Below are positions 28,301 through 40,700 of a stretch of 64,000 nt of DNA, piece after piece. A program made the translations under genes and the position numbers. Every line of letters starts with the position of its first letter. The first letter of the stretch is position 1. The DNA is from Antedon mediterranea (taxonomy: Eukaryota > Animalia > Echinodermata). The DNA is taken from assembly GCF_964355755.1 (NCBI RefSeq), contig NC_092670.1, positions 13,502,795 through 13,566,794 on the forward strand. The letters run 5' to 3'. The notes beneath the pieces are model-generated. The model worked only from the letters and a program-made list of their open reading frames with translations, made no database searches and was not told the DNA's origin.

Positions 28301-31300
28301 TTTTTTTGTATACGGAAATATGGCATTACCAACACACTCTAGATACATTAATTGTCTTGTCAAAGTCAAGTAGAAATAATCAAACTCAAAGAATGCCAAC
28401 ATTATAACACTTTGATTTTAATGGAAACGTACATCGTTATATACATACATTTATTACGTATATCTTTGACATTATTTTAAAAAGATGTCACACTACTTCA
28501 GTATACTAACCAAAACAAACATTAAAAAAATGAAATAGGCCTAACCGTTAGCGTAAAATAATAGTATAATATCATATCCTATACAATATGATTCTGGAAT
28601 AAACTGACGTATTTATCGTTTATGGGATAACTAATAATAAAATGTATCGGCAAAACATGTGAAACAGACAAACTAACACGACAAGTAAAGGTGCGCTTAT
28701 GTCGACATGAAACTCAACTCAATTGTTTCGACATAAGCGATCCGAGCAACTGAACGCAACTAACCACCACAACTGGACAGGAAAATACACTTCCGGTAAT
28801 GGTGCGATATATACACTGTAGATACAGATATAACCATGGGAGTGATACCAACAAGATAGCCAGGGCTCGTGAATAAATATAATATTATTACAGTAATACC
28901 ATTATTTTTTATTAGGATATCCTATTGTGTTTGTGGTTATCTGGGCTGTATTGATGTCATTAAACTTCGACGGTTGCTGGAATAACTATGTTGATTCAAA
29001 CTTTCTACTCATTTTAAGTGTGCCGCAATTTGTAGCATTCTTAGTAAGTAATTTAATTAGACCTTTATCATTTTTGTTTTCTTAATTTATTTGTAAAAAA
29101 TAGAATAAAAAATAATATAAAAAATAAAATGCATTGCTATATTTAATTTCAGTTCGATCTGAACAGTTTTATTATGTTGATAAAATAATCTTTCAACAAG
29201 TATAAAACAACAATTAGCTAAATGTTTTCGTAAATCTGGCTTGGTAAAATAAAACGATGCACACCGGATTTGTACGTACTGGCAGTGAACGACTTGTTAC
29301 TATTGCCTTTCTATTAATGGCGCTTTGTGTATTACGTCATTCATTAATATAAATCACGCATAACGGATTTTAACTAGCGCCATCACATACACCAGCCTCT
29401 ACTTCAAGAAAAGCCTTCGGGATTCTTAGTGCTGTATTTCCATAACACTATTTTTGTCTAGTATCATAGCCAAATTCCGTTATTTAGCAACTCTTGTGTT
29501 TCACAAATGTCTGTACCGAATGATGAATGAGTGTTATCATGTCTTAACATCAACATCTTTAAGTATCGCTGTCTTTTGCAGCAATCTTCATCCCATATGA
29601 TACTGTGAGATTATTTTGAGGATTATTTTGTAATTTCAACGTAATGTCAAACTTGTTTTTCTATCTTTTTTAAAGCTTAATATGATCATTCTTATCAATA
29701 TTATAAGGATTTTGATTACCAAATTACGTGCAAGCCATGCCGTGGAAACCAATCAAGTCAGGTAACATTATAATGAATGATTCATTGATTAATTTAAAAA
29801 TTAATTTTGTATTTGTTTATTAAACAATTATTTGCTCTCGTTCCTGTTAGTATTCTATTGTTTCATATAGCAAGAGTTGCGTTGTTTGAAAGAGTTCGTA
29901 CAGACCTGTAGTCTGGTTTCCACTTGGAAAGAACGCAATTAGTGAACTTGCCAATCACAAGCGACAGTTCGGGTGATCCATCGTGTCGTGATTGGTCAAA
30001 TCACTTTCCTTCTGCTGCGTCCAAGTGGAAACCAATCTTTTAGCAACCTCCTGGTTAGAATACTGGTTTAGAATATTTGACTGACACAATGGTTTGGATT
30101 TGTTCTCGCATAGGTTAACTACTACAACCTAGTTAGGACTACACGCCTAGGGAACTTTAATACATGTTTGATTGACACTTGTTATTTTACTGATTTCACT
30201 ATTATTACAGGAAAGCTGTAAAGGCAACCGTTGTTCTTCTACCACTTCTCGGCGTGGCACTTATGTTGTCATTCTGGCAATATCCCGGTGACGAAAACCA
30301 CACCTACCATTTTGTATTCTCAGTTGTTATTTCGACTCAGGTACTAGGCCTATTGATTCTAGTGACGCAACGGCATGTGTCTACAAAATATTATGCCGTT
30401 AAATGATATCATAATGATGACAGCGATTTAACTTAATATACACTTTAATCAAAACAATGATGACCTGTAAGAAGTATATATAATATTATCCACCGGTACC
30501 GGTAATGGCAATTAGATACTGATTTTTAAACATATTTACAGTATACCAATGCATCACGTGATTAATTCTGTTATTTAAATCAGCACAACTAATGGTTGAA
30601 CTAGCGCCATCACATAATATTATTAGATAAAAAACGACAAAAATTAAATAACAGTGTATTTTTATTACTTACAGGGGATGTTTGTTGCTGTAATTTACTG
30701 TTTCTTAAATACAGAGGTAAGTATATGGACACCGAGAACATTTAGATTAGGCTATCTACGTACCCACGGCAGGCATTAGTGCTGTATGTTTACCCACCAA
30801 ATCAGCACACCGGGGTACGGCCCTCTACGGTTTTCGAATAGTGTACCGAGTTTTTTAACATGCACTGTATAGGCGTAACCAACGACTTTACGTTCCATCC
30901 AAAATACATGTCAAATAAACACAGTATACACCCGTTCTTCCCTTTATTTTATTTATTTTGACTTTCATATTGTGCTTATTAGAATAGTAAGACACACACT
31001 ATATACCATGAGGTAGACTAATGATGACCATATATTTTACTTATTTTAATTATTTAAACGTCAGTAATATGCAAAACAAACAGAAAGACTCTCTCTCATC
31101 TCTTAAAACGTTTTCCGTCATTCATTACTAGTTCTACGATTTCTTTCCATATTTTCTGTTTTTGGCAGGATGTTTTGTTATTGTGCTAAAATCTACATTT
31201 TTTCCTCAATTATTTTGTTTTAATTATTTCAAATGCAATTCTTCTAAAATAATTATTGATTTGTTGAAGGTTCAAATGACGATCAAAAGAAAATTAAAGA

Positions 31301-31548
31301 GAATAAATGTAATGAAAAAGACGAGAGGACCTGGACGTCGCATGCAAGCTAGCAGCCCTGCTTCATTCATGGTCGCCACAAGCTCTGAGGTAGTGCTTCC
31401 TATGTCTTATCGTAAGAAAACAGCGACCTCTATAGATAACCCATTCTGGCCCGAACATTCCGAGGCTTTGAAAGAACAAAGTGTACAATCAAACGAAAAA
31501 GAAGTCATTGATAATAACGAGAACAATAATATTTGTCCAAATGTATAA
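10146..31548 (+). CDS. Class B1 (secretin-family) neuropeptide GPCR, CRH/DH44/PDF/calcitonin-receptor-like; 11 coding exons, ~482 aa from ATG 10167
   Basis: Manual splicing: 10146-10314, 13231-13347, 14748-14854, 18471-18571, 22758-22911, 25065-25221, 28916-29043, 29676-29761, 30211-30340, 30675-30716, 31270-31548. All introns are GT-AG with matching phases (total 1470 nt). Six-Cys hormone-binding domain ([16 protein letters not shown]; [16 protein letters not shown]), plus [44 protein letters not shown] and [17 protein letters not shown]. Confidence 0.95.
11131..11202 (+). tRNA. tRNA-like cloverleaf (anticodon position ATC); probably a pseudo-tRNA or repeat-borne tRNA derivative
   Basis: Acceptor stem GCCCCAG/TTGGGGC, A-box TGGTCCAATGG, anticodon arm CTGC-ATATCAA-GCAG, T-arm CCGAG-TTCGAGT-CTCGG, TTTTT at 11205-11209. 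Confidence 0.6.
12826..13210. repeat. Degenerate non-autonomous DNA-transposon remnant with ~22-bp GGCGTTTATTCGAGG subrepeats
   Basis: Starts TACCGTATTTATTTAAATAAACG; motif (G)TTTATTCG recurs at 12857 and about six times between 13074 and 13203. Confidence 0.5.
13231..13347 (+). CDS. GPCR exon: hormone-receptor domain
   Basis: ctgtag|GA...GCTG|gtaagt; [39 protein letters not shown]. Confidence 0.95.
13709..13737 (+). repeat. (AAG)n microsatellite
   Basis: About nine perfect AAG units. Confidence 0.9.
13878..14038. mobile_element. Second short MITE family; related partial copy at ~13375-13480
   Basis: AAGCTCTGTC...GACAGAGGTT termini; core ACAAAATGT(AAT)GTGATGTGCCCAT..GACATGATG shared by both copies. 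Confidence 0.55.
14748..14854 (+). CDS. GPCR exon: hormone-receptor domain, C-terminal half
   Basis: atttag|AT...GTG|gtaaga; [36 protein letters not shown]. Confidence 0.93.
18471..18571 (+). CDS. GPCR exon: TM1
   Basis: cttcag|AGT...TTCAA|gtaagt; [34 protein letters not shown]. Confidence 0.92.
22758..22911 (+). CDS. GPCR exon: ICL1-TM2-ECL1
   Basis: ttttag|G...ACC|gtaagt; [51 protein letters not shown]. Confidence 0.95.
23279..23378 (+). mobile_element. Miniature (~100 bp) DINE-1/HINE-type element
   Basis: TT-AGTCGCGT hairpin head, (GTCG)n microsatellite, 3' subTIR ACGTGACT, hairpin GCCATGTATATGGC, CTTG end; inserted in a T-run. Confidence 0.65.
24028..24633. mobile_element. Non-autonomous TIR element (MITE), PIF/Harbinger-like
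   Basis: ~35-bp TIRs AGCCTGTTTTCCTGTCGACGTTA(T/G)TCGACGCTATC / GATAGCGTCGACTAACGTCGACAGGAAAACAGGCT, flanked on both sides by TGA (3-bp TSD). Confidence 0.85.
25065..25221 (+). CDS. GPCR exon: TM3-ICL2-start of TM4
   Basis: tctcag|CCT...TGGG|gtaagt; [52 protein letters not shown]. Confidence 0.95.
25190..25681 (+). repeat. ~64-bp minisatellite made from the 3' end of a GPCR exon and its splice donor
   Basis: TTCATA(G/A)TA recurs at 25206, 25260, 25324, 25392, 25456, 25520 and 25584; the unit includes GGTTGGG|GTAAGTCAC. Confidence 0.9.
28916..29043 (+). CDS. GPCR exon: TM4-ECL2-TM5
   Basis: tattag|GA...TTA|gtaagt; [43 protein letters not shown]. Confidence 0.94.
29676..29761 (+). CDS. GPCR exon: TM5-ICL3
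   Basis: ttaaag|CTT...GTCAG|gtaaca; [29 protein letters not shown]. Confidence 0.94.
29913..30040. mobile_element. Well-preserved copy of the short palindromic MITE family
   Basis: TGGTTTCCACTTGGA ... CCAATCACAAGCGACAGTTCGG ... GTGATTGGTCAA ... TCCAAGTGGAAACCA. Confidence 0.75.
30211..30340 (+). CDS. GPCR exon: TM6-ECL3-TM7
   Basis: ttacag|G...CAG|gtacta; [43 protein letters not shown]. Confidence 0.95.
30675..30716 (+). CDS. GPCR exon: the 42-nt TM7 exon typical of class B1 receptors
   Basis: ttacag|GGG...GAG|gtaagt; [14 protein letters not shown]. Confidence 0.95.
30770..30905 (-). mobile_element. Possible SINE fragment
   Basis: CTACGGTTTTCGAATAGTGTACCGAGTTTTTTAACATGCAC...TTTACGTTCCATCC resembles, from recall only, conserved central domains of invertebrate SINEs; no tRNA head seen. 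Confidence 0.35.
31270..31548 (+). CDS. GPCR last exon: helix 8 and C-terminal tail
   Basis: ttgaag|GTT CAA; [17 protein letters not shown]...NNICPNV*; 3' part of ORF 31162..31548. Confidence 0.9.
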   Translation, partial: VQMTIKRKLKRINVMKKTRGPGRRMQASSPASFMVATSSEVVLPMSYRKKTATSIDNPFWPEHSEALKEQSVQSNEKEVIDNNENNNICPNV

Positions 31549-34500
31549 ACTAGAAAACCTAATTGGTTGAAAAAGACATACAATTTGACGCATGCGTACA
31601 GAATGTGTGTATTACGACCGTTTAAGTTTGGTGGCGCTGTTCTTAAATACTTGTTTTATGAAATGAAGATGTAAATAATTGTAAACAACAATATTTCAAA
31701 AACAACATATATTAGCCTAAACACACAAACATACATTATATTTTTACCTATTACCAACATGTGCATGGTACTGCCACATTGTATAATATAATGATTACAA
31801 AAATGGTCTAAAGTCTCACCGCGGAGGAATATTTAGTTCATGTTCTAACTGTATATACTGTATATATTAAGTCACTTGGTTATTTGTTTATATATTTCAT
31901 ACACTATTCTTATCTCTAACTCGACTGTTAATAACAGTGTCTTGTGTTATGTACTTTTAGTGATTTTGTTGTTTTGCATTGTGTATATCATGTCCCGTCT
32001 CGTTCTCTTCATCATACTAACAGTTCAACAAGACTAATGTGAGTAGATATACCGTCTTGTTTTAAACCTGGTTGGTTTGAAAACATCAACAGAAAAATAA
32101 AAAATTTTTTTACTAGTGTTTTTATATAACAATTATGTTAGATTATTCGTTGGCCACTCTTCGAATTATAGACTATCAAAAGGAACTGAAATAGTAGGCT
32201 ATATTTGTTTTTAAATGAAGAACGACATTTTATTTTTATTTGCATATTGGCAAAAGCAATGCCCTTTGAAAACCTTAATTTATTTTACAATCAGTTAATG
32301 GCACCACGGTGATACATGCGCGTACATAATTTGCATATCATGATATTTTAACGATTTTGTACGCGCACGTCAATTTCGAACTTTAATAGTTAAGTTAATA
32401 CAACATTTAAAACGACCTTGTGTTAAAGAAAGTAAAGTAAGAATATTATAATAGTTACTGTACTCCTATCTAAATTGCATACTAACAAGATATAAAGAAA
32501 TCATTTGTGTATTTATTCATATTTTATACTAAATATTGACTAATAATCACATGTTCATCACATTTTATGTTTTATTGTACATACATATTATTCTACACAA
32601 TCTGAAATATTTGTATTTTTATAAACTTGTTCATGTGTTAACATTTCTTGTCTTGTTTAATCATCTATCAACAATTTATAAAAAATTTCATAACAGCCAA
32701 AGATACCGAAATAAACGTATTTCTATATTTCAGACTAAATCAACAACGTATGTTTAAAGAGGAAGATGGAAGTGGCATCTAAAAGTGGTAACATATTACG
32801 TTTTCTTTCAGACAATTTAAGTTTACATTAAGCGCACTATATGTATTGTACATTTCAACAGTGCATTACGTATAAATTGAAACCGACATGTATGTAATTA
32901 GGAATTTATAAAGGCTAATTTATTCACCCACCGACACAAAGAAACACAGCGTCAACGCGCGCGTACAAATGTCGTCATTATATAAACGCGGGTATAATTA
33001 TCGACGTAGTTACTCAGTTTTAATGTTGATTATGATTATTAACACACAATATATACAATTATTGTATTATTTAAAATGTTGTACATACGTGTATATAAAA
33101 TTTATGTACCAAATCAGTTGTATATTTGTGGTGCTAACTGTACATACTCTGGTGCTGTGTGACCGAAATATATGTTGCCAAATTATCGTTGTGCCAATTA
33201 TTAGTAGATTTTGTTGTAACTGAAATCGAGTGTTTTTGCTTTAGATGACACTTCACAGTTGGTAAAGTATATAAAGATAAACGAGTATTAGTCCAAGTCA
33301 GATACATTTATTAGAGCTTTATCAAAAACAGTTTTATCGTTTGGTGTACATTTTTTTAGAGGTTCAAATAACATAAAACAAGTTAAATAGTATAATGATC
33401 TTTCATACAATTAAATGCAGAACATATAAAATGATATATACTACTGACTGTGTAAATATTTTTTAGTAGATAATGTTTTAAAAAAACTATATCAGCAGTA
33501 CCACGTTATGAGAGCATGTATAAAGTAATATGGACCATTGACTATTAAGACTTTGCTTGTTCTAACTTTGGCACTAACTGTTAAATTTTAGAAATTCATT
33601 CCAACTTGTAATGTTTTATTCAAAGATTATTCAATATGTAAAGGGTATAAGTGTGTGTTCAGACGATATCTAAGGTTAAACAATTATCTTAAAGATGTGT
33701 TTGTTAAGAATGATAATAACATTGTTATCAAGTATCGACAGGTTAGAGACTTTACCAAGTTCATACATGATGACGTATAATAAATAGAGTTTGTAAATAA
33801 GAATGACGTATTTAATGTTTATAAAATTATTCAACGTTCACCGAAGTTAAAGAAAATACACAGAAAACTGTTATGGAAATAAATGTGGATAGTTTCTTAA
33901 ATTTGTATGGACATAAATAGTAATTATCACTTGTATTACTTTTTATTTTAAAACGAAAGATAATCTTTAAACATTCCTATGATATATAGTTTCTATTATA
34001 TGTATTACACACATGATACTACGATTTTAATGTCCTTAAGTAACTAACAATTTAACAGTAATACATTTTAATAATCTGTTATTTTAAATTTCTAGTTTTA
34101 CGATGGTGCTACAAAGGCTAGACTATAACCTTATGAATCTTTACTTTCGATACTTTAAAAATCATTCGATTTGGTAAACTTTTAATTTATTTATTATACA
34201 CGGTATTTTTTATATGTTATTATTCTCATTTTATGTGCAGTGAAGTGTGTAAACATGTACAGTATTTTAGTATCTATGTTGTGTGTGAAGTGCTAATTGT
34301 TCATTATTGTCCCTTTGTCCGGAGTCAATGGAAATAATGTCAAAGTTCAAAATAAATCGTAGAAAAAAAACACAGTATTGTTTTTTTTTAAATATATTTT
34401 GTTATTATGCAACGAAGAAAAATCACAACAATGTGTACGCTGATCATAGTAAATATTTATTTGACAGCTGAGTAACAAAACAGATTGAACCATACATGTT

Positions 34501-35378
34501 TCGGTAGAGCTTCTACCATTCTTCCGCCACCATCAAATATCAAATATGAGATACAGATCAAGAGTATATGAGTGAACATGAGAGAATGACTTGTAAATAA
34601 CTAACGTAATGCCTGAATAAACGAAAATAGAGTGAAAAGTTAAAAAGTACAAGTTATTCAATTGGCTAAAGTTATTAGTAAAAAACACGTAAAATAAGCC
34701 TACGTAAAACTAACAATCTCGTAAGAAATATTTGTACTGTTAAATTGTTCATAAAGGTGAATTGATATAAGGGTGGTTTTTAATATTCAAATTATTATTA
34801 CTACATTACAACAACAAACATCACTAAGTAAGTTGGCAGAAAAGACACGGGAACTGAATCTATCTCAGTAGCTGAGTACTTGCTAAGAAACTCAAATAAA
34901 ACAAATCATAACATGTCAATAATCTTATATTCATTCATCAGAACAATACAATTAACTATTTTGCATATTCAATAGGTATAGAATGCATGGGTTTTTTATG
35001 GTCTATTTAATTAACAGTTTAAATGTAGATGGTCTTCTTGAATAATGTTACTTATCTAATTGGATTGTAAATAGTTGTACGTTGAACATTAAATAACAAC
35101 TTTAAAGGTAACCATGGTTTAACAACGTAGAGATATATAATAACAATATATCAGAACAATTGCGAGATTGGCTGTGAATTCGTAAATGTATAATAACATC
35201 AGTTTTCACTGTTGTTAACATACAGGTGATAGGCATCCGTCATTTCAATTGCTTTTCGGGACTTGTCTATTTACCCGTTGAGTTTCTAACCTGGTTAATA
35301 GTTTCTTTTAATATCAAATAATGAGGTGCATTATATAGTTATAGTCGTGAAATAATATAAAGATTCAACGTAGTTTTC

Positions 35379-36615
35379 TTATCTACTTGGAATGTTAATG
35401 CTCCTCAACTTGTTGTCGTTACAGTAAGATTCATCACAGTAGTCAAAACACACAAACTGTTCGCCATGGCTTGGAGTTTGTACTGTTTGACATTTCTCAC
35501 CATTCGTGATGCAACTTCTGTATATTAGTTTCGTGCCATTAGACGTAGTTGCCTGACCCGTCTACAAAATGACATACATTACGTCATATCAGGTCATCAT
35601 GATAGTGCATACCATAATGTATAACATAGTTTACTTATTATAGCCTTTTAGAACTATTGCTTCTAAATGATGTTATTCAATTTCCAACTACAGAAAGGTA
35701 CAAAGATTTTGAAATTAATTAATATTAAATTAGTCACTTACTACGCATATTTTACTGTCTTCACACACGACCGTACCAACTGTATTACCCGAAACCCTAT
35801 CAATACAGTTTGAGTTTACTTCATCAAAAATACCGTCTACATTTGTGCATTCGTAACATGTCAAAGAGTTCACTGTATACAAACAAAGATAAAATATTAA
35901 AGATGGATTAACCCCTTGAAAAAATAATTTGTTGACCAAAAATTGGGCCGATATTTTTTTTAATTAGAAACAAACTGTAATTTAATGACAAAACAATAGA
36001 CAAATTGGCTCCCAGTTTTTGGTTGAATTTAACCGCTTCTTTTGTCATTTTATAACTGAAACATTATTTTTTTCGGGTTTTTTTTCTAAGGAAGTGATTA
36101 CCTTTGTTAAATCTACAAAATGGCTTATTCAAAGTCTGATTTTATTAATCTTCATTTATCATGTTTTTTTTTTTTGGGGGGGGGGGGGGGGACACAATAC
36201 ATCTTTAAACAAGGACATAAAGATAGCAATTTCACTAAAGATACTACAATTGGAAGAATGAACAACCCCTGCATAATTAAAAAAATAACGGTTTTCAATG
36301 TGGATGTACTTCGGGATATTATAGAAACAAACTATTTGCAAAACATACCATGCTGGAAACACATTGCTAATTCTTCAGAGCACCGTTTGTTTAAAATTAG
36401 AGATTTAATTTAGCATGGTGGTAAAGTTTTTGGGGTTTTTTCACAAGAAGACAACATTTAAGTTTTCTGTGTCTTTATACATCCGCTCTGACGAGGGCGG
36501 GTATCCGTATCCGTCCGTTCATCGAAATATTTGTGTGCTTAAGAATAACAGTTCCAGTAAAATTACCTTGGTAAGAAAAAAAAAAGCATAATGTAGAGAT
36601 GAATACCAACTTCAT
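35379..36615 (-). CDS. Secreted three-finger (Ly6/uPAR) protein, paralog A, ~120 aa, 10 Cys
   Basis: Exons 36615-36567 (signal peptide MKLVFISTLCFFFSYQ), 35872-35742 (VNSLTCYECTN...NCID...VCEDSKICV) and 35561-35379 (TGQATTSNGTKLIYRSCITNGEKCQ...VCFDYCDESYCNDNKLRSINIPSR*); GT-AG introns, phases 1 and 0. Confidence 0.88.
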
Positions 36616-37799
36616 TTTCATCAAATATGAAACAAATATTGGATGGAGAACTAAATATAAACAAAGTTAAAATAATAAAACAAAATGCAATAAATAATAT
36701 TTTAAAATTATTATTGGAAAACATAATTATGGCCTGTCCACATGCATTTAAAAAAATTCTCGGTGGAAACAACGGGAACTGTTTTCAAAGTGTCTTTTTT
36801 GCGAAGTTATCCTTATGTTTAATGGAAAAACACATAGTTGGATTGGAACCTTTATAACATAATGGTGCATTGATGATAGTGATATATGTATAACTTTTGA
36901 TTGGCCAATTTGCTTCGCATCATGGCGACATGAGGAAGCACAGACCATTTTAATCACTGGGTCCATGCATAAGACAGAATTGCTTTCATCACAATCAATT
37001 AAAAATGTACGTGGAATACAGATCAAATCGATTTTGCAACAGCAGTTATCCTAATTGTCAGAAATGGCGATATTATATTAATGCCTAATAGTTTACAATA
37101 ATCTATTAAATCTATTGGAACGCTTATTAGGTATAACATATTAAACTTAAAACTTACCAACAATCCTGATGTCTCTTCTTCCAAACTTAGTTTGGATTGA
37201 AGATTGGTAATGTTACGGTATTTATAATATATTCTTCAGTCACGCTTTAATGACAACTAAGATGTTTTCTTTTACTTTTGTAAATGCATATCCTTTTCGT
37301 ATTGTTTTGTTTGTAAATCGCTAATAATTCTAAGATTTAATGTAATACAAATAAATATTTTAAATATTAATAAACAAAATAAATGTATAATCCCATACGT
37401 ACTGCGTTGACCTCGTTTCGTTTTCGTTCAAACTGAAAAGTATTGTTGGCGAAAATGGATCCGTTAATTTTAAAAACGGATTTAATATTTAATTTATTTT
37501 ATTATATGTGTGAGTGGAATTTTACATTTTTTGTTAGATAGTCATATCCGCATGTGGTTTATTCTCCATAATAATTGAAAGCATTATATTTAGAATAATA
37601 CATTATTATGATGAAAAGGGCAATTATTTTCAAGACTCTTCGTTGAATAGAACGGTTAGGAAAAAGGCTATTGAACGAGTAGGCCTATAGCCGCGGCGAA
37701 GATTTTGTTGCCACGGCGTACAGGGCGTTTACCGGTACATGACGGCGCACACTACAGTTTTTGGTTTTCAACCGCTCATTGGCTATCGTGCAACTCTTA

Positions 37800-40700
37800 T
37801 CAATCAATCAATCAATCAAAGTAACATTTATTTCTCTTGTCTTTCATAGGAAATAAAAATTAACAGTAAAAATTATTAAAATAAGAGGGGCAACATTCCT
37901 AAAAAGCAAAGCTTGTATAAGGCAGCCCATAGAAAATGAAAAAAAAAAAAACAGGACAACACGGGAACCGGAAACAGGACAAAAACAGTAATGAAGACTT
38001 TTAGATTCAGGGTACCGAAAAGACTAAATATCAAAACTACAATGAGTGAAAGGATAATTAAACATAACTAGATAAGAGGTGCCGTTTCAATTTAAAAAAA
38101 AAACTCTTCTTAGACAAAGCACTTTTTATATTAACTGGTACGTTATCCCAAAGTTTAGGACCAGTGAACTTAATGCTATATGTTTAAAAGAAGTAGTTTT
38201 AAAAAAAGGAATACGTATTTGATTTGCGCTCCGAGTACTGTGGTTAGGAAAATTAAGATTGAAACTAAATAAATCATCAAAGTGTGATGGCAGGATCGAG
38301 TTTAGCCATGAATAGAGGAAAACACTTTGTTGAAGATGGTTAATATCCTGAATTTTAAGAAGACCAAATGAAGAAAATAAAGGATTGGAATGTGATAAAG
38401 GAGGAGCATTTGCTATGTATCTTACGGTTTTCTTTTGGATCAATAACAGTTTGTTTAAGTAGTACGGGTATGTATTACCCCAAATAATATTACAGTAAGT
38501 GAGGTAAGGGAGGATTAGTGAACAGTAAAGAATCCGGAGTATGTTTTGAGGGATGAAAGATGATAATCTATATATGATACCAGAACTTTTGGATATTTTG
38601 TTTTCGACTTGAGTAATCTGATGTTTCCAATTTAGCTTACAGTCCAGATAAACCCCAAGAAATTTAGTTTTCTCAACAATAGGTATTAATTGATCTTTAA
38701 TTTTTAGTTTAAAAGTACTAGTATTTAGTGGTATTTGTGAATTTTTGAACACCATACAACAGCACTTCTTTAGATTAACAGAAAGTTTGTTTGCAGAAAA
38801 GTCTGTTAAAATTTTGGGTAGATTTTCGGTTGATATTTTAAAAAGGGAATCTATATTTTTATCAGTGCAAATTAGGGTTGTGTCATCAGCATACAACAGA
38901 AAAGAAAACATATTTGAGGCATTATGGATATCATTTATGTATAATAAAAATAATAGAGGCCCAAGCAGGGAACCGTGAGGGACTCCACAAATAATAGGAA
39001 GAAAATCAGAAAGGGTGTGTTTAAATTTGTGTGCATTGCTTGCGGTTTGAAAGGTAGCTTTTGAATAAATTATATACAGGGCCACGGATTCCATAAGTAT
39101 GTAACTTATATAATAAAATATCGTGATCAATTGTATCAAAGGCCTTCGAGAGGTCAATGAAAAAACCAATGGCAAATTCACCCCTCTCGAAGGCCCCAAT
39201 AATTTCATTTGTTAATTGAAGAAGTGCGGTGGATGTATTATAGTTCTTACGAAAGCCAAATTGTTTATTGTAAAGATAAGATAATTGTATGTTCGATCAT
39301 AAATGAGGCGTTCAAGTATTTTGGAAAAGATCGGTAGCACTGATATAGGACGGTAATTACTGGAATCAGATTTGTCACCAGTTTTAAAAATAGGAGTTAC
39401 TTTAGCTAGTTTAAGGGTGTCAGGAAAGGTGCCATTTACAAAACAAAGATTGAAAATGTAGCAGAGGGGTTCGGAAATAAAAGGGATATGTTGTTTAATA
39501 ATAGACGGGTTAATATCATCAATGCCAGGTGCTTTACTATTTTTGAGGCGCATAACAATATCCATAATCTCAAAAGCAGTCACAGGATTGAGAAATAAAA
39601 AATTTATGGATGGCGGAGGGAGGTAATCCTTAAAATTTGCATTAGACGTGTCTATATTTTTGGTGAGGGTAGGTCCAATATTAACAAAAAAATTATTTAA
39701 ATGATTTGAAATTATGTTGGGATCATCCGTTAAGTTTCCTTAGCAATTTATAGTGGACTCTTCGAAATGCTTACTTTCATTCGTTTTTATGAGACTATTT
39801 ATAATTGTCCATGTTCCTTTGATATTATCCTTCTGCTGCTTAAACTTTTTTTCATAATAAATCGCGTTTTGTTAATTTTATTAAAGAGTTAAGGGAGTTA
39901 CGGAATTGCTTATATTCATTTATGTTTTTGTCATTCGGATAGCGGAGGGATTTGGAATACAGTTTTTGTTTATGCTTTATTGAATTTAAGAGTTCATCCG
40001 TCATCCAGGTCTTTATTTTTTTTTTCCTGCAGACTGCTCTTGAATTGGAAAATGTTTATCATACAGTCGTTTGAATTCAGTTTCAAATGAAAGTAAAGCA
40101 ATATTAGGATCATCCGTACCATAAACACCAGTCCAATTCATGTTAGACAAATCGTTGTTTATGTTTGAAATATTTGTTTCGTTAAATATTCTGGGTATGA
40201 TTAGGGCTTACATAGTTTTTGGGACGGTTTGGTATATTTGATAAGGGTGTAATGTTAATAATGGGCAAATGATCACTAATGTCACTATAGAAAAGTCCAG
40301 ATAGACTTGATGATTCAATTTGATTAGATAATATATTGTCAATTAATGTTGCTGACGTTCGGGTAATACGAGTTGGTCTATTGATTAAGGGTAAAAGGAA
40401 ATTACTAAAGACAGAGTTAGCAAAATTGTTGGATTGATTATCGGACTGATGTTTAAGTAGGTCAATGTTAAAATCACCTAATAAGTAAATTTTTTTTGTT
40501 GGTTTTTGCTAGATTATTTAACAGGAGATCAAAAGCGTCAATAAAATCATTCGTATCAAGAGATGGTGCCCTATAGATTACACCAACAATAATGTTTTGA
40601 TTGGATTCAAGTTCAAGTTCAATAAAAAGGGAGTCGCATAGGGAGGGGTTTAGGAAAAGATCAGTTCTCTCTTTGAACACATTGTTATTTCGAACATACA

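Noticed and set aside
34450-34612. Possible fourth exon (GPI tail) of three-finger paralog A
   Set aside because: An acceptor-like site exists, but no frame gives a convincing GPI signal in phase with exon 3, which has its own in-frame stop.
36019-37026. Several short ORFs around a poly-T/poly-G tract
   Set aside because: They lie in the intron or upstream region of paralog A; low complexity and no protein similarity recognised.
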